DNA from: an uncultured delta proteobacterium
Lineage (GTDB): Bacteria > Myxococcota_A > Polyangia > Polyangiales > Polyangiaceae
Direction of reading: 5' to 3'
Length of the DNA: 64,000 nt
Assembly (NCBI GenBank): GCA_963806225.1
Contig: CAWDXG010000001.1
Span: 1,184,001 to 1,248,000, forward strand
Part shown: positions 1-10,295 of the stretch, piece after piece
Position numbering within the stretch: the first letter of the stretch is position 1
How the letters are laid out: every line of letters begins with the position of its first letter
Made by a program: the position numbers and the translations under genes
Notes under the pieces: model-generated
What the model was told of the DNA's origin: nothing
What the model saw: the letters and a program-made list of their open reading frames with translations, nothing else
Database searches by the model: none

Positions 1-810
1 GGCCGCGTCGAGCGCGTCATCCGCTACGTCCGCGACGGCTTCTTTGCTGCCCGCAAGTGGCGCGATGTCGACGACCTCAATCGACAGGCGGACGAGTGGT
101 GTCACGGCCTCGCCGCGGAGCGGCGCTGGGCCGAGGACCACGATCGCACCGTCGCCGAGGTGTTCGCGGAGGAGAAGGGCAAAATGCTCTCCCTTCCCCA
201 GGACCCGTTCCCGTCGGAAGAAGTCGTCGAAGTCGCCGTCGGCAAGACCCCTTACGTTCGCTTCGATCTCAACGACTACTCCGTACCGCACGAGCGTGTC
301 CGCACGACGCTGGTCGTGCGCGCATCGCTCGACCAGCTACGCATCCTCGACGGCAACGACGTCGTCGCGACCCACGCCCGGTCGTGGGATCGCGGCCAGC
401 AGATCGAAGACGCGGAACACCTCCGCGGCCTCGCACAGCACAAGCGACAAGCCCGGCAGCACCGCGGTCTCGACCGGCTTGCAAAGGCCGCACCGAGCAC
501 CGAGAGCTTCATGACGCGCATCGCCGAGCGCGGTGGCAACATCGGCAGCACGACGGCGCGCCTGCTCGACTTGCTCGATCGGAGCTCGGCCGTCGATCTC
601 GAAGCCGCTCTCGTCGAGGCCATCGCCCATGACAGGATCCACCTGGGCGCCGTCCGGCAGATCGTCGATCGCTTGCGCGGCGAGCGGGGTCGGCCGCCCT
701 TGACCACCGGCGTCAGGCCCGAGCGCCACGCCGGACTCGTGGTGCGACCGCACGCACTCGGCAACTACGATGGCCTCGGTGTCGCCGACAAGGAGGCCGA
801 CGATGACTGA
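1..810 (+). CDS. istA: IS21-family transposase IstA, C-terminal part (5' end outside window)
   Basis: Frame from nt 1 reads [15 protein letters not shown]...DLNRQADEW...[12 protein letters not shown], typical IstA motifs; stop overlaps the istB start (ATGACTGA). Confidence 0.9.
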   Translation, partial: GRVERVIRYVRDGFFAARKWRDVDDLNRQADEWCHGLAAERRWAEDHDRTVAEVFAEEKGKMLSLPQDPFPSEEVVEVAVGKTPYVRFDLNDYSVPHERVRTTLVVRASLDQLRILDGNDVVATHARSWDRGQQIEDAEHLRGLAQHKRQARQHRGLDRLAKAAPSTESFMTRIAERGGNIGSTTARLLDLLDRSSAVDLEAALVEAIAHDRIHLGAVRQIVDRLRGERGRPPLTTGVRPERHAGLVVRPHALGNYDGLGVADKEADDD

Positions 811-1561
811 CCGCACCCCGGAAGACATGAAGGAGCGCCTCCGCCAACTCGGGCTCTTCGGCCTCCTCGCATGTTGGGACGAGATTTCTGGCAAGCCCTG
901 GCTCGCCGACGTCCTGTCGCTCGAGGAGCGCGAGCGTCAGCGTCGCAGCCTGGAACGCCGGCTTCGCACCGCGCGCATTGGCGCGTTCAAGGCCATGACC
1001 GACTTCGACTGGACCTGGCCGAAACGCGTCGACCGCGACGCCATCGACGAGCTCTTCGGCCTCGGTTTCCTCGACAGCGGCCACAACGTCGTCCTGCTCG
1101 GTCCCAACGGCGTCGGCAAGACGATGATTCTGAAGAACGTCGCCCACCAGGCGGTCGTACGCGGCCATACCGTCCGCTTCACGACCGCGAGCGACATGCT
1201 GGCGCACCTCGCTGCACAGGACTCGTCGACCGCTCTCGCCCGCGGTCTGCGGCGCTACATCGTTCCGCAGCTGCTCTGCATCGACGAGGTCGGCTACCTC
1301 TCGTACGACAGTCGCTATGCCGACTTGCTGTTCGAGGTGGTGACCCGCCGCTACGACGCCGGCAAGGCGATCGCCCTCAGCACCAACAAGGTCTTCGAGG
1401 AGTGGTCGGAGGTCTTCCCCCACGCCGCTTGCGTCGTGACCCTCGTCGATCGACTCGTGCACCGCGCCGAGGTCATCGAAGTCGATGCCGAGAGCTACCG
1501 TCTCAAGGAAGCCAAGGAGGCCAACGTCGCCAGGAAGCATCGCCGCAAGAAAAAGCCCTGA
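803..1561 (+). CDS. istB: IS21-family helper AAA+ ATPase IstB
   Basis: Walker A GPNGVGKT, Walker [13 protein letters not shown]...W...F and DRLVH...SYRL motifs; AAGGAGG RBS upstream. Confidence 0.93.
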   Translation: MTDRTPEDMKERLRQLGLFGLLACWDEISGKPWLADVLSLEERERQRRSLERRLRTARIGAFKAMTDFDWTWPKRVDRDAIDELFGLGFLDSGHNVVLLGPNGVGKTMILKNVAHQAVVRGHTVRFTTASDMLAHLAAQDSSTALARGLRRYIVPQLLCIDEVGYLSYDSRYADLLFEVVTRRYDAGKAIALSTNKVFEEWSEVFPHAACVVTLVDRLVHRAEVIEVDAESYRLKEAKEANVARKHRRKKKP

Positions 1562-1677
1562 ATCCCGCCGGTGAAGCGCGGGTCACCGGTGAACTTCACG
1601 GCTCCGCCCCGCGCAGTTCACCGGTGAACTTCACCGCTTCTTCACCGCTTGGACGCGGAAACTCCCGCCCGCCAACA

Positions 1678-2377
1678 CCGTGTCGAGGTACAGCTCGGCG
1701 CGGACGCGACCACCATTCGCGAAGCTCACGCCGTACGTGAAACCGCGATGGCCCGAGCTGAAGCTGTACCAGTTCTGCGGCTGCCCGGCGCGCGCGTTGG
1801 TGAAACGATGCTTCTCGCGCAGGTCGTCGATGAGCTGCTGGAAGAACTGGAGATAGCGTTCCTGCTTGGTGCTGAGCTCGCTACTTCGAGCGGCGGGAGT
1901 GCTGCGACGCGACCAGTCGTTCGGAAACGCGATGAGTCTGAGGTTTGCGGCCGGCTTGGACGAGTCGACCTGGAGCAGTTCGACGACGACCCCGAAGAAG
2001 TCCGTGCTCGCATGACCCCTGTTCAGCCAGTCGAGCGCCAGGCGGTGCTCCTCGCGGAAATCGCGCGACACCCAGATCACGACGCCCGCATCCAGGCCCG
2101 CAGCGTACGTGATGAGCTGTCCGAGGTGTCCGTGGTCGGTGGGCTCCAGCTGGTTCTCGACGACCACCGCCCGACCTGTCCCGAGGTCCTTCGCAAGGAT
2201 GTCGGCCGAGAAGTTCCCGACCGGCGACTACTTGTCCACGAGCTCTAGGTCCAGGCCCAGGGCGTCGCCCAGGACGTCCAGGTGCTCGGCCAGCCACGGC
2301 GTGAAGTCCTGGGCTTCCCGGGGCCAGACGGTACGGGGGTCGATGCGAGTGAGGGTGCCGAGTTCCTGCGCGGTCAT
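1678..2377 (-). pseudogene. DUF4268 / NucS-like PD-(D/E)xK endonuclease-domain protein, disrupted
   Basis: MTAQELGTL...VWPREAQDFTPWLAE...ADILAKD...VVENQLEPTDHGHLGQLITYAAG; in-frame TAG at 2228-2230; C-terminus cut after ELYLDT by the IS21 end; AGGAGG RBS. Confidence 0.8.
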
Positions 2378-2537
2378 TGGCCCTCCTGGCCGGTGGATTT
2401 CCGCTCAGAGTTTCTCTTCCACCGAGCGGGTGGCGTCAAGCGCCCTGCCGCTTCCTCACACGCCCAGAAGGCATGCATGCTTCGGCAGCAGTGCGTTCCG
2501 ATCCCGCCGCATTCCACGTAGTATGTGGCGGGATCCG

Positions 2538-3772
2538 ATGGGTGCCGGTGCAGACAAGCCGATGGTCAAGCGCGTCATTCCGAACCTGGGCTACGTGCGG
2601 ATCCCGCTCTTCCCACCGGCAGATGATGTGTATCAACTGCTGGTCGAGTCGGGGGAAGTCAGACGGCTCAGCCAGCTCGCGCACCTGGGGGCGCTCACGT
2701 GCGCCTACCCGGGAGCGCGGCAGACGCGTTGGACTACACCGCCGCCATGTTGCACATGGCGGTGCAGTTCCGAAACGCGCATCCCACTACCGGGTTCAAG
2801 CTGGGCGGAGGCGTCTTCTCCTCCACAGCGGCGCTGTTCCAGACGTTCGCACTGCTGCAGAACGTCGGGCACCTCCCGGGCACGTTTGCTGTCGAGAAGG
2901 GCGTGTTGAGATTCCTGAGACGCGAGGACGGACGGCTGGAATCGCTGCCTTGGCCGGACCGCGTGACGGAGGCGCAACGAGCCCAGCTCTTCGAACAGCT
3001 GGAGCAATTCCTGGACGCTGCCGACTACAACGGCATGTCACGCGTTGTCGGTCTGTTGAAGCTCCTCATCGGTCTCGGGCCCAAACAGGAAGTGCGCGTC
3101 CCGCCTTGGGTGACCATGCTCTACGCAGCGTGGTTCCTGCCAGACCTCCGATTGGAGGAGGAGCAGGACCGCTGGGCAGCTGCCGAACTGGAATTCTCGT
3201 GGATTCGACGCCTCGCCTACCTGAACCAGGACACGGCCCTCGTGGCTACGCCGACCACCGTGTCGGTCGCCCCGCTTCTCGCACGCGCTGCGAGCGACCC
3301 GTTAGGCGTCGGCGACGCCATGCGCCACTCACGTGAAGTGCTGCGCGCGTTCGAACACACCATCTATGAAGGGTTCTATCATCATCCTCGCGCACGCGCG
3401 GTAGCGGCCGTTGCAGCGCATCTGACCGAAGCCCGCTTGCGGGAAGCCCCGCACTGGCAGGACGAGTTGCTGAAGTGGGCATACAGTGCCTCGCTGGATG
3501 ACGTGGTGCTCGACGGCGGCATTGCCAGACTGTCGGGGGAGACACGGCCCGTCATGAGCATCTCGCTTCGCGGACGCTTTGCTTCGCTGGACGTGCCGCT
3601 TGTCGAGGCGGAGCATGAGCTCATCGATGCACTCTCGCGAAGGCGGGACTACGAGATGGCGACCATTGCCCACAAGTTGTACGAGGCGACGTCCGTTCCG
3701 TCTGCGTCGGTACTGGCGAAGGATCTCGAAGCGCTCCTCGGGGCGTACGATGATTACCTGCAGGGGCACTAG
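2538..3772 (+). pseudogene. HD-superfamily (dNTPase/YdhJ-like) phosphohydrolase homolog with degenerate metal site; frameshift at ~2730
   Basis: RRLSQLAHLG...YPGARQTRW/DYT and ALLQNVGHLPGTFAVEK align with the RL..QLG...PGA.HTRF.HS and LLHDIGH.PFSH..E motifs; one base missing at TTGGACTAC joins the two ORFs. Confidence 0.6.
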
Positions 3773-3820
3773 GGAAAGCCGGACGAGCGTCGGGCGAGCA
3801 TGTTGGTTTGGGGACCGCGC

Positions 3821-5548
3821 TCACGCGTCCGAGGCCGGAGCCCTCGTTGCCTTCTGGGCGTCTTCAATGCGCTGGTGCAGCACCGCTAGCAATGCCATCC
3901 ACTGCCCGAAATGCGACGGCTGGCCGTGTTTGGTCAGCCAGTCGATGAGCGCCAACTTTCCAGCCTCGGTGAGAGAAAAGTGCCAGATCTTGGTCTGGGG
4001 CCGGAGGTTCTTCCCGTCCAGGTGCCCCTCCTCGCCAACCTCGGCCAGGAACTTCTTCATTACCGAGTTGGGAAACATGTCTTCTGCTTCAACCGGAACA
4101 TTGTCGTAGGCAACCCATTGCTTGTACGAAATGACTTCTTTCTTGTTCTGCCACCTGAACTTGCCAGTCAGCAGTTGTTGCGCTCGCCGGCCCTCCTCAT
4201 CCTCGTCGAAGAGTGCCGAGATCGGCCGTGTCGACTGGTAAAGGCCCTTCAGCGCCACGGCCTGGAAAGCTGCGTCCACGGCGCCCGTGGCGGGAACGAT
4301 GTCGATGCCAGCGAGTGAGGCACCTCCGCGTGCGGCAGCTAGCTCGAGGTAGCGCTGATCAGTCCACCCCTCGACAACCAGAATCAGCTTGCCTGTGTCA
4401 CTAACCTGTTCTGCCCGTCGGAGCAGCGTCGCAAAAACCGGCGAGCCCAGCAGTTCCGTGCGCGCGATGTCCGGTCCCCCGTTTGCGATCTTGGAGCGGC
4501 CCTTCGCGTCCTTGCTGACGGTAAAGAGTTTCGCGCTGCTGGTTGGGTCCCCACGGAACAAGAACGGAGAATGGGTCGTAACGAGTACGCTCACGTCGTT
4601 GCGCCGGGTGAACTGCTCAAGGCCGACCCCGAGAGCGCGGTGCGCTTCTGGATGGAGGAAGGATTCCGGCTCCTCGATTGCGAACACCACCGCCCGGCGA
4701 GAGCTGTCCGCAATGAACGACAGGAGCATGAGCAGCGTGGCGCCGCGTACGCCAGTGCCTTTCTGATCGAGGCCAGTCTTGACTGCATCGCGGACGAGGA
4801 ATCTAGCGCCAGCGACTGCGTCTGCAACCTCCGGAACGCTTGGTACGAGATCGACCTCGCTGATGTCTCTGACGTATCGATTGATCCGTTCCTGCACGTG
4901 TCGCGCGAGCGGTTGCAGCACCTCGCCCAACGCCTGGGCGTACTCCGTACGCTTCTTCTCCGCCGCTTCGACCTTTGCGCTATGCCCTTCCTCGACGACG
5001 GTGCCGAGGATTTCCTTGAAGCCCCGCGCGAGCAGGCTGTCCAGATCCTCCCCGCTCCGTATGTCGACAAAGCGGACGACGTTCCGGAACTGCCTTACCG
5101 CCGCCGCCAGTTTTCGAGGATCGCCCTTAACGACGCCAGCCTTCGTGAGAAGTAGCTCTTGTCTGGCGGACTGGTTCACCTGGACGTGGAACCGCACTAT
5201 CCCACGGCTCGCTAGGCTCGGGCCCTTGAAGTCGGGAACCGAGCGCTCGTAGGCTTCGGCGTACCGAACCAGGGTATCGATGGGCCCCTTCGCCTTCGTG
5301 ACCTCGAACTCGAGAGTAACCGTCGACTGCGCGTCGGCGCGGTACCCATCAGGCCGATCTACGGCGCCGTCGTACGGGTAGGATGGGTCGAGCGCCAATG
5401 CAACCGCGCGCAAAAGATTGGACTTGCCGGCGTTGTTTGGGCCCGCGATGTAGTTGATGCCCTGGCCAAGCGCGACTTCCGCGGACGGCTTGGCGTCGTC
5501 GGAGCTGAGCGAGCGGAAGTTCCGGACCCGGATACTTTTCAGGAACAC
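3821..5548 (-). CDS. OLD-family ATP-dependent endonuclease (ABC/AAA ATPase + TOPRIM)
   Basis: MFLKSIRVRNFRS start; GPNNAGKS Walker A; KGTG signature; IEEPESFLHP Walker B; TTHSP; TOPRIM VVEGWTD and FDEDEEG. Confidence 0.88.
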   Translation of the reverse strand: MFLKSIRVRNFRSLSSDDAKPSAEVALGQGINYIAGPNNAGKSNLLRAVALALDPSYPYDGAVDRPDGYRADAQSTVTLEFEVTKAKGPIDTLVRYAEAYERSVPDFKGPSLASRGIVRFHVQVNQSARQELLLTKAGVVKGDPRKLAAAVRQFRNVVRFVDIRSGEDLDSLLARGFKEILGTVVEEGHSAKVEAAEKKRTEYAQALGEVLQPLARHVQERINRYVRDISEVDLVPSVPEVADAVAGARFLVRDAVKTGLDQKGTGVRGATLLMLLSFIADSSRRAVVFAIEEPESFLHPEAHRALGVGLEQFTRRNDVSVLVTTHSPFLFRGDPTSSAKLFTVSKDAKGRSKIANGGPDIARTELLGSPVFATLLRRAEQVSDTGKLILVVEGWTDQRYLELAAARGGASLAGIDIVPATGAVDAAFQAVALKGLYQSTRPISALFDEDEEGRRAQQLLTGKFRWQNKKEVISYKQWVAYDNVPVEAEDMFPNSVMKKFLAEVGEEGHLDGKNLRPQTKIWHFSLTEAGKLALIDWLTKHGQPSHFGQWMALLAVLHQRIEDAQKATRAPASDA

Positions 5549-5604
5549 ATGTTCTCCCTGGTTGGGACTGTGCCTCTCGCGTATTCGCGGCCTCCCGGCG
5601 CATC

Positions 5605-6595
5605 AGAGGCCGAGGCGCGCTTCTTGTCCTTGGGCGCGTGCAGCGTCATCGAGCAGCCGAGCGTCCGGCGCGCGAGGTAGGCCGTGAGCACCAGCGGCGC
5701 GGCGGCGTCGGGGATGTCGAGCGTGCAGGACAGGCTCTTGGTCGCGATGAGCTCGTCGCAGTCGTCGCGCAGCCGCGCGGCCTGGTCGCCCGTGTGGGCG
5801 CGCGACAGCTTGAGGCGCACTTCGCGGCCGAGCTTGCGGCTCATGATGAGCGAGAGGTCACGCTCTTCCTGGTGCCAGCTGGCGACGGAGTCCTCGACCT
5901 CGGGCATGTCGCGGCGCAGCGGCGCGTCGCTCTGCACCTTGGTGACGAGAATCCTTCCAGCCCGCGTTCATGCGGTCGAACTGGCTGACGCCCGCGCTGT
6001 CGTGGCGGAAGTGGCGCACGACCTCGCGCAGGATGTAGCGCTGGTCGGGCACGTTGAAGCCGTCGTCGTGCAAGAGCAGCGTGGCCTGCGTGAGCACGTG
6101 CATCCACGACCAGTGGTAGACATCGAGCCCCTTGGTGAGGCCCTTCGCCAGCGGCACGGGGTGGTGCTCGGGCAGGGCGGTGAACTGGTTCGAGAGCGTG
6201 ATGACCGCGTCGACGCCGTTCAGCCGCGCGAGCTGGACGTAGGCCTCGAGCTGGTCGCGCTCGATCTCGGCCTTGCCGATCTTCGCCTCGACGATGGCGC
6301 GCCAGGTCTTCTTGCCGGTGTTGACGACGATGAGGCCGTCGGGGCGGTGCTTCACCTCGCTCGGCACGTCGCGGAACACGACCTCGGTGAAGCAGCGCAC
6401 CTTGGCGCGCGTGCCGAGCCGCACGCCCAGCCCGCCCAGCATCGCCCCCGCGAAGTCGTCCACCGCCGACAGCGTCGCCAGGAACACCGAAGCCGCCCGC
6501 CGCTCCTTGCTCTTGTCCGCCAGGACCGGTATCAACCGAGCCTCTTCACCGCTCGCTACGTACTCGGGTACGTCCGGCACAACACTGCTAGGCAT
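5605..6595 (-). pseudogene. PD-(D/E)xK restriction-fold 'stress response' protein; frameshift at ~5950, C-terminally truncated
   Basis: ARLIPV...E.RA.SV.LA, FTEV.F, RPDGLI...W.AIVEAKIG...Q...Y...DAVITLSNQF; continues in another frame (VASWHQEERDLSL...TLHAPKDKK) and then stops abruptly. Confidence 0.65.
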
Positions 6596-6685
6596 GGGAT
6601 CCCTCCGATCCTCACACGGTACCGGTAGCGAACCCCAAGCGAAACCCCCGTCTCGAGTGGGCTGAGCGCGATCACGCGGCGGTGC

Positions 6686-7495
6686 CTAGCGATTCCACAT
6701 GGCGAAACGCGCTGGGCGCTTCAAGTCGTCGGGATTGCACGGGTTGGGTCGGAGGTATTCCAGGTTTCCGCGCAGGTCGAGTGGCGTGCGGCGCTCCGCT
6801 CTTTCGACGCGACCAATCCGATCGGATGTTTCCATGCGTAGGGCCCCCGGCCGGGCGCGATCCACCGACTGCTTGTTGATCACCGCGTTCGACTTCAAGA
6901 ACCGGATGAGCACCTGCTCGACCTGGTGGCGCAGCATCTCGTCCTTGATCTCCACGTACGCGGCGTTGGCCACGATGGGGAACTTGAACCAGAACTTCTC
7001 TTCGTGGTCCTTGACGCGGCGGGCGATGTCGCCGCCCTTGCCGACGTACACCGGGCGGTCGCTCACGTCGTAGAACACGTACACCCCAGGAAGTCGCGGC
7101 CGATCGTTCTTGTCGTGCGGGTCGAAGTCGGTCAGTGGCCCCAGCCCGGCGATGTCGCTGCCCTCCTGCGCGACTTCGACGACCTCGGGCGGTGCGTCCT
7201 GGTTCAAGGCGCGTTCGAGCTTCTGGCGTGTGTTCTCGCGGGGGTTCGGGCTCCGGCCGGATTCGATCTTGTAGATGGCCGGCACCGACACGCCGGCCGC
7301 TTCGGCGAGCTCGGGAACACTGAGGCCGCGCGTTTCCCGCGCCCGGTTGAGCCAGCGGCCGAACGCCTGGCTCGTTTCCGGGCTCTGGCCTCCGTTGCTC
7401 TTGCGGGGGCCGGGGCGGACCAGACCGAGCGTCTTCTCGAGTTGCTGGAGTTGGTCCTCCTTCGGGCGCGACTTGTCGGCCTCCCAGTTCGAGGG
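6686..7495 (-). CDS. XRE-type HTH(s) + GIY-YIG nuclease protein (native N-terminus lost, fused to HNH remnant)
   Basis: Partial HTH (SNWEADKSRP), full HTH (RARETRGLSVPELAEAAGVSVPAIYKIESG), then PGVYVFYD...PVYVGKG...RVKDH...E..LI...IN GIY-YIG signature. Confidence 0.72.
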   Translation of the reverse strand, partial: PSNWEADKSRPKEDQLQQLEKTLGLVRPGPRKSNGGQSPETSQAFGRWLNRARETRGLSVPELAEAAGVSVPAIYKIESGRSPNPRENTRQKLERALNQDAPPEVVEVAQEGSDIAGLGPLTDFDPHDKNDRPRLPGVYVFYDVSDRPVYVGKGGDIARRVKDHEEKFWFKFPIVANAAYVEIKDEMLRHQVEQVLIRFLKSNAVINKQSVDRARPGALRMETSDRIGRVERAERRTPLDLRGNLEYLRPNPCNPDDLKRPARFAMWNR

Positions 7496-7830
7496 CACCG
7501 CGATCTCCCTCCCGTGCAGCCCGTAGTACGACCGCCCGTTCTCGAAGTCCTCGCGTAGCCGGCGGCCGACGACGAAGCGGTGCTGCTCGTCGATGGTGAC
7601 GTAGCCGCGGCGCGGCGCGGCGCGGCGACCCAGTCGTCCTGCGCGAAGAACACGGACTCGGCGACGAGGCAGCAACCGATGCGCCCGCCCGCGTCGGCCT
7701 GGATGCGCGCGCGCGAACACCCCCGAACCCCGCCACCGCGTTCGCCGGCGCCTTCAGCTTGAAGAAGAACGGCGTCCCCGCCTCGAGCCGGAACGCCCGC
7801 GCCGAAGGCCGCCAGAAGTTCGCATCCTTC
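7495..7830 (-). pseudogene. Fragments of an HNH restriction-type endonuclease with internal deletions
   Basis: Three pieces in different frames: NFWRPS...PFFFKLKAP.N...GFG; IGCCLV...FF..DDW; RGYVTID...FVVGRRLREDFENGRSYY.LHG. The HNH core itself is missing. Confidence 0.6.
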
Positions 7831-8115
7831 GGGCCTGGACTTTTGGACCGGACGTCACCATCCCGACCACGAACATGCTCGTGGCCTACTTCGACGATTG
7901 GTATGCCGTCCACACCGGCTCCGGATCCATGCTCGTGGTCTGGGCCGATGATCGCTGGGGCCCGGGCGAGCTCTACGCCGTTCCCATCGACTTCTCGAAC
8001 TGTCCCTGAGCAACCCTACGACGCGGCCAGCAGAGTGAATTGCGGGGAGCGGAGCCGGCGCCTTGGCGTCACCCCGGCTGCGATTGACACGGCACGGCCA
8101 CTTCGCGAAGCTGCT

Positions 8116-8170
8116 GACGCGCCAGCGCGCGAGGAGGGTGACGCGCCAACGCGCGAGGAGGGTGATGCGA
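8116..8170 (+). repeat. 24-bp tandem duplication (GACGCGCCA[G/A]CGCGCGAGGAGGGT x2) that includes the RBS of the HAD gene
   Basis: Directly visible; translates as APAREEGD/APTREEGD. Confidence 0.8.
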
Positions 8171-8622
8171 TGACAGATTCGGGCACGACGGCGCTCGTCG
8201 TCTTCTTCGACCTTGGGGGCACGCTCGTGACCGCTCATTCCCGGAAGTGGATCCCGGGTGCACAGGCAGTGCTCGCGGCGCTCCGCGAGAAGGGGGTTCG
8301 CCTCGGGATCCTCTCGAATACCGCGGAGCTCGATCGCAAAGGCCTCGAGAAGATTCTTCCGCCCGGGTTCGACTGGAGCGTCTTCGAGGAGGACCTGATC
8401 GTGCTCTCCTCGGAGGTCGGTGTGGAGAAGCCCGACCCCAGGATCTTCAAGCTCGCGCTCGACCGCGCCGGGGGCACGCGCGCGGTGTTCTGCGCCGAGG
8501 ATCCGACGCACAGCCTGGCCTCGCAGTTTGCGGGACTGCCGTGCGTGCGGATCGTGCCTCCGGTGGATGGCAATCTCGTCCAGCCGCTCACCACGCTCGA
8601 GGAACTTCACCTCGTGAAGTAG
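8170..8622 (+). CDS. HAD-superfamily hydrolase (minimal, capless)
   Basis: FFDLGGTL motif I, GILSNT motif II, GVEKPDPRIF motif III; GAGGAGG RBS. Confidence 0.8.
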   Translation: MTDSGTTALVVFFDLGGTLVTAHSRKWIPGAQAVLAALREKGVRLGILSNTAELDRKGLEKILPPGFDWSVFEEDLIVLSSEVGVEKPDPRIFKLALDRAGGTRAVFCAEDPTHSLASQFAGLPCVRIVPPVDGNLVQPLTTLEELHLVK

Positions 8623-8650
8623 CGCGGCCTTGGCGGGCCGCGCTGTTCCG

Positions 8651-9240
8651 TCACTTCGGCGGATAGCGGACGAGGTAGTGGTCGGACGAGCTGCAGCTCA
8701 CGCTACCGGCGCCGAAATCGACAGGGCACACGGGCTTTCCGACCGCTACGACGACATTACCGTCGGGGTCGAGCGCGATGGGGCCGCCCACGCCGACTTC
8801 GAGATCGCGCGCCCACTTCACCTTGCCGGATGCGTCGAGCGCGCCGACCGCCGCGTGCGGGATTCCGTCGGGCCCGATAGGCGCGCCTCCGAAATCGATG
8901 GAATGGCTCGCGTTGCCCACCACGAAGACGTTGCCGCTGGAAGACACGGCCGCGCCGAAAAGTATCGACGTGTCGAAGCCCGACGGGTCGAAGGCGTCGG
9001 CCCAGCGCACTCCGCCGTTCGCATCGAACGCCAGTGCAGAGAGCGCGTCGAGGCCGCCGATCGTGCCGCTTCCGGGATCGAACGGCCCGTCTGGAAAGCC
9101 GGACACCACCGGTCTGCCCTGCGCGTCGATTGCGATCGTCGCCTTTCTCTCCATCAGCTTCAGCGGGTAGGTCTTGCTGAAGACCGTAGCCAGCGAGGAG
9201 TCCAGTTTGATCGGATTGCCGCTTCCAATCGGAGTACCGG
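8651..9240 (-). pseudogene. C-terminal fragment of a myxobacterial beta-propeller-repeat secreted protein
   Basis: Repeats IAIDAQG.PVVSG, FDANGGVRW, AVSSSGNVFVVG, LDASGKVKWA; no plausible N-terminus. Confidence 0.5.
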
Positions 9241-9826
9241 CTTACGTCCGGAAAACGCGCGGGGCCTGGTGCTTCCACGGATTCCTGGTCTCGACTCGCG
9301 CGCGCTACATCTCCGGACAAGGGTTGGACGTGTGGAAGTGTGGGACGACGGCGTGGTAGTCTGTCGCCACGCGCGGGGACTGGGGTCGGCTGTTGGTACT
9401 GTCGTTCGCATGCATCCCGGCGTGCGGAAGCTCGGACAATCCGAGCGGAGGATCTGGCGGGAGCGCGGGAGTTGGTGGGGGCGCGGCTGGTAGCGGTGGT
9501 TTCGCAACAGGCGGCAGCGCAGGCAGCGCCGGTTCCAGCACACGGCCATGATCGTCGACTGGCGTGATAGCGCACCCGCCTGCACGCCGCCTGGTCCGTG
9601 AGTGTGTGGTGCGCGCCGGGATCGGCGACTTGTGCTGGATGCCGGTCCGCCGCGGAACCGCGCAGGCCGTCGGTAGCCTGGTCTCAGCGGCGCGTCGCGG
9701 GAAGAGCGCGCGATTCGATGCAGATGTTCCTCACCGAGCACGATGACGTGGCGGGAGGCGCCGAAGGCGCGAGTGCACCCGGAGGGTGAGAGCCCGGCCC
9801 GGAACGAGCGCGGGAGCGCGAAGTCG

Positions 9827-9847
9827 GTGGAGGCGCCGGGAATCGAA
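9827..9847 (-). repeat. att-site direct repeat: displaced copy of the tmRNA 3' end (GTGGAGGCGCCGGGAATCGAA)
   Basis: 21/21 identity with 32938-32958. Confidence 0.9.
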
Positions 9848-10295
9848 TTGTGAAGGACAGCAACCTGCAACATGGTGATGTCGCTCGCCTTTTCGTCCAA
9901 CCGTTTGCTATCTCGGAGCTTCCACGGATTCCTGGTCTCGACTCGATTCAACGCCAGTCAACACGGCTCGACCTGGCTCGTGGAGACATTCTGGAGACGG
10001 GAGTGGTCGCTTCGCTGTGCGACCAGACCCGATCCGGCAGCGGTGCGCGTTCGACTCTAACAGCTCCGGTCGCTCCGCACGGCCCTTCTCGGTCGCGGTG
10101 GTATGGGCGAGGTGTACGAGGTGGAACATGCGGTGACGGGCGTCCTCATGGCCGCGAAGGTGCTTCTTCCCGAGTTCGCCAGTGTCGAGCAGCAAGCACG
10201 CCGCCACGTCCCCCGCGTCCAGCGCCCGCCTCGCGGCCCGGACGGTAGCCAGTGCTAGCGAGCCGCGGGAAAGGAAGTCGGCGTAGCATGGCAGC

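Larger units (their letters stand above)
1..1677 (+). mobile_element. IS21-family insertion sequence (right part); right end at ...CCGCCAACA 1677
   Basis: istAB pair; subterminal repeats CACCGGTGAACTTCAC (~1585 and ~1619); terminal CA coincides with the point where the DUF4268-like reading frame breaks. Confidence 0.85.

Noticed and set aside
2228..2230. Amber recoding/readthrough in the DUF4268-like gene
   Set aside because: TAG is a normal stop in many genes here and the gene is also IS-truncated; a point mutation or error is simpler.
3821..5548. Gabija, PARIS or retron system call
   Set aside because: No UvrD helicase, second ABC ATPase or reverse transcriptase is adjacent.
9300..10250. 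Genes around the att copy (Gly-rich lipoprotein start, HVIVLGEEHL rve-like scrap, kinase-like scrap)
   Set aside because: Only short fragments with no complete frames; too weak to annotate.
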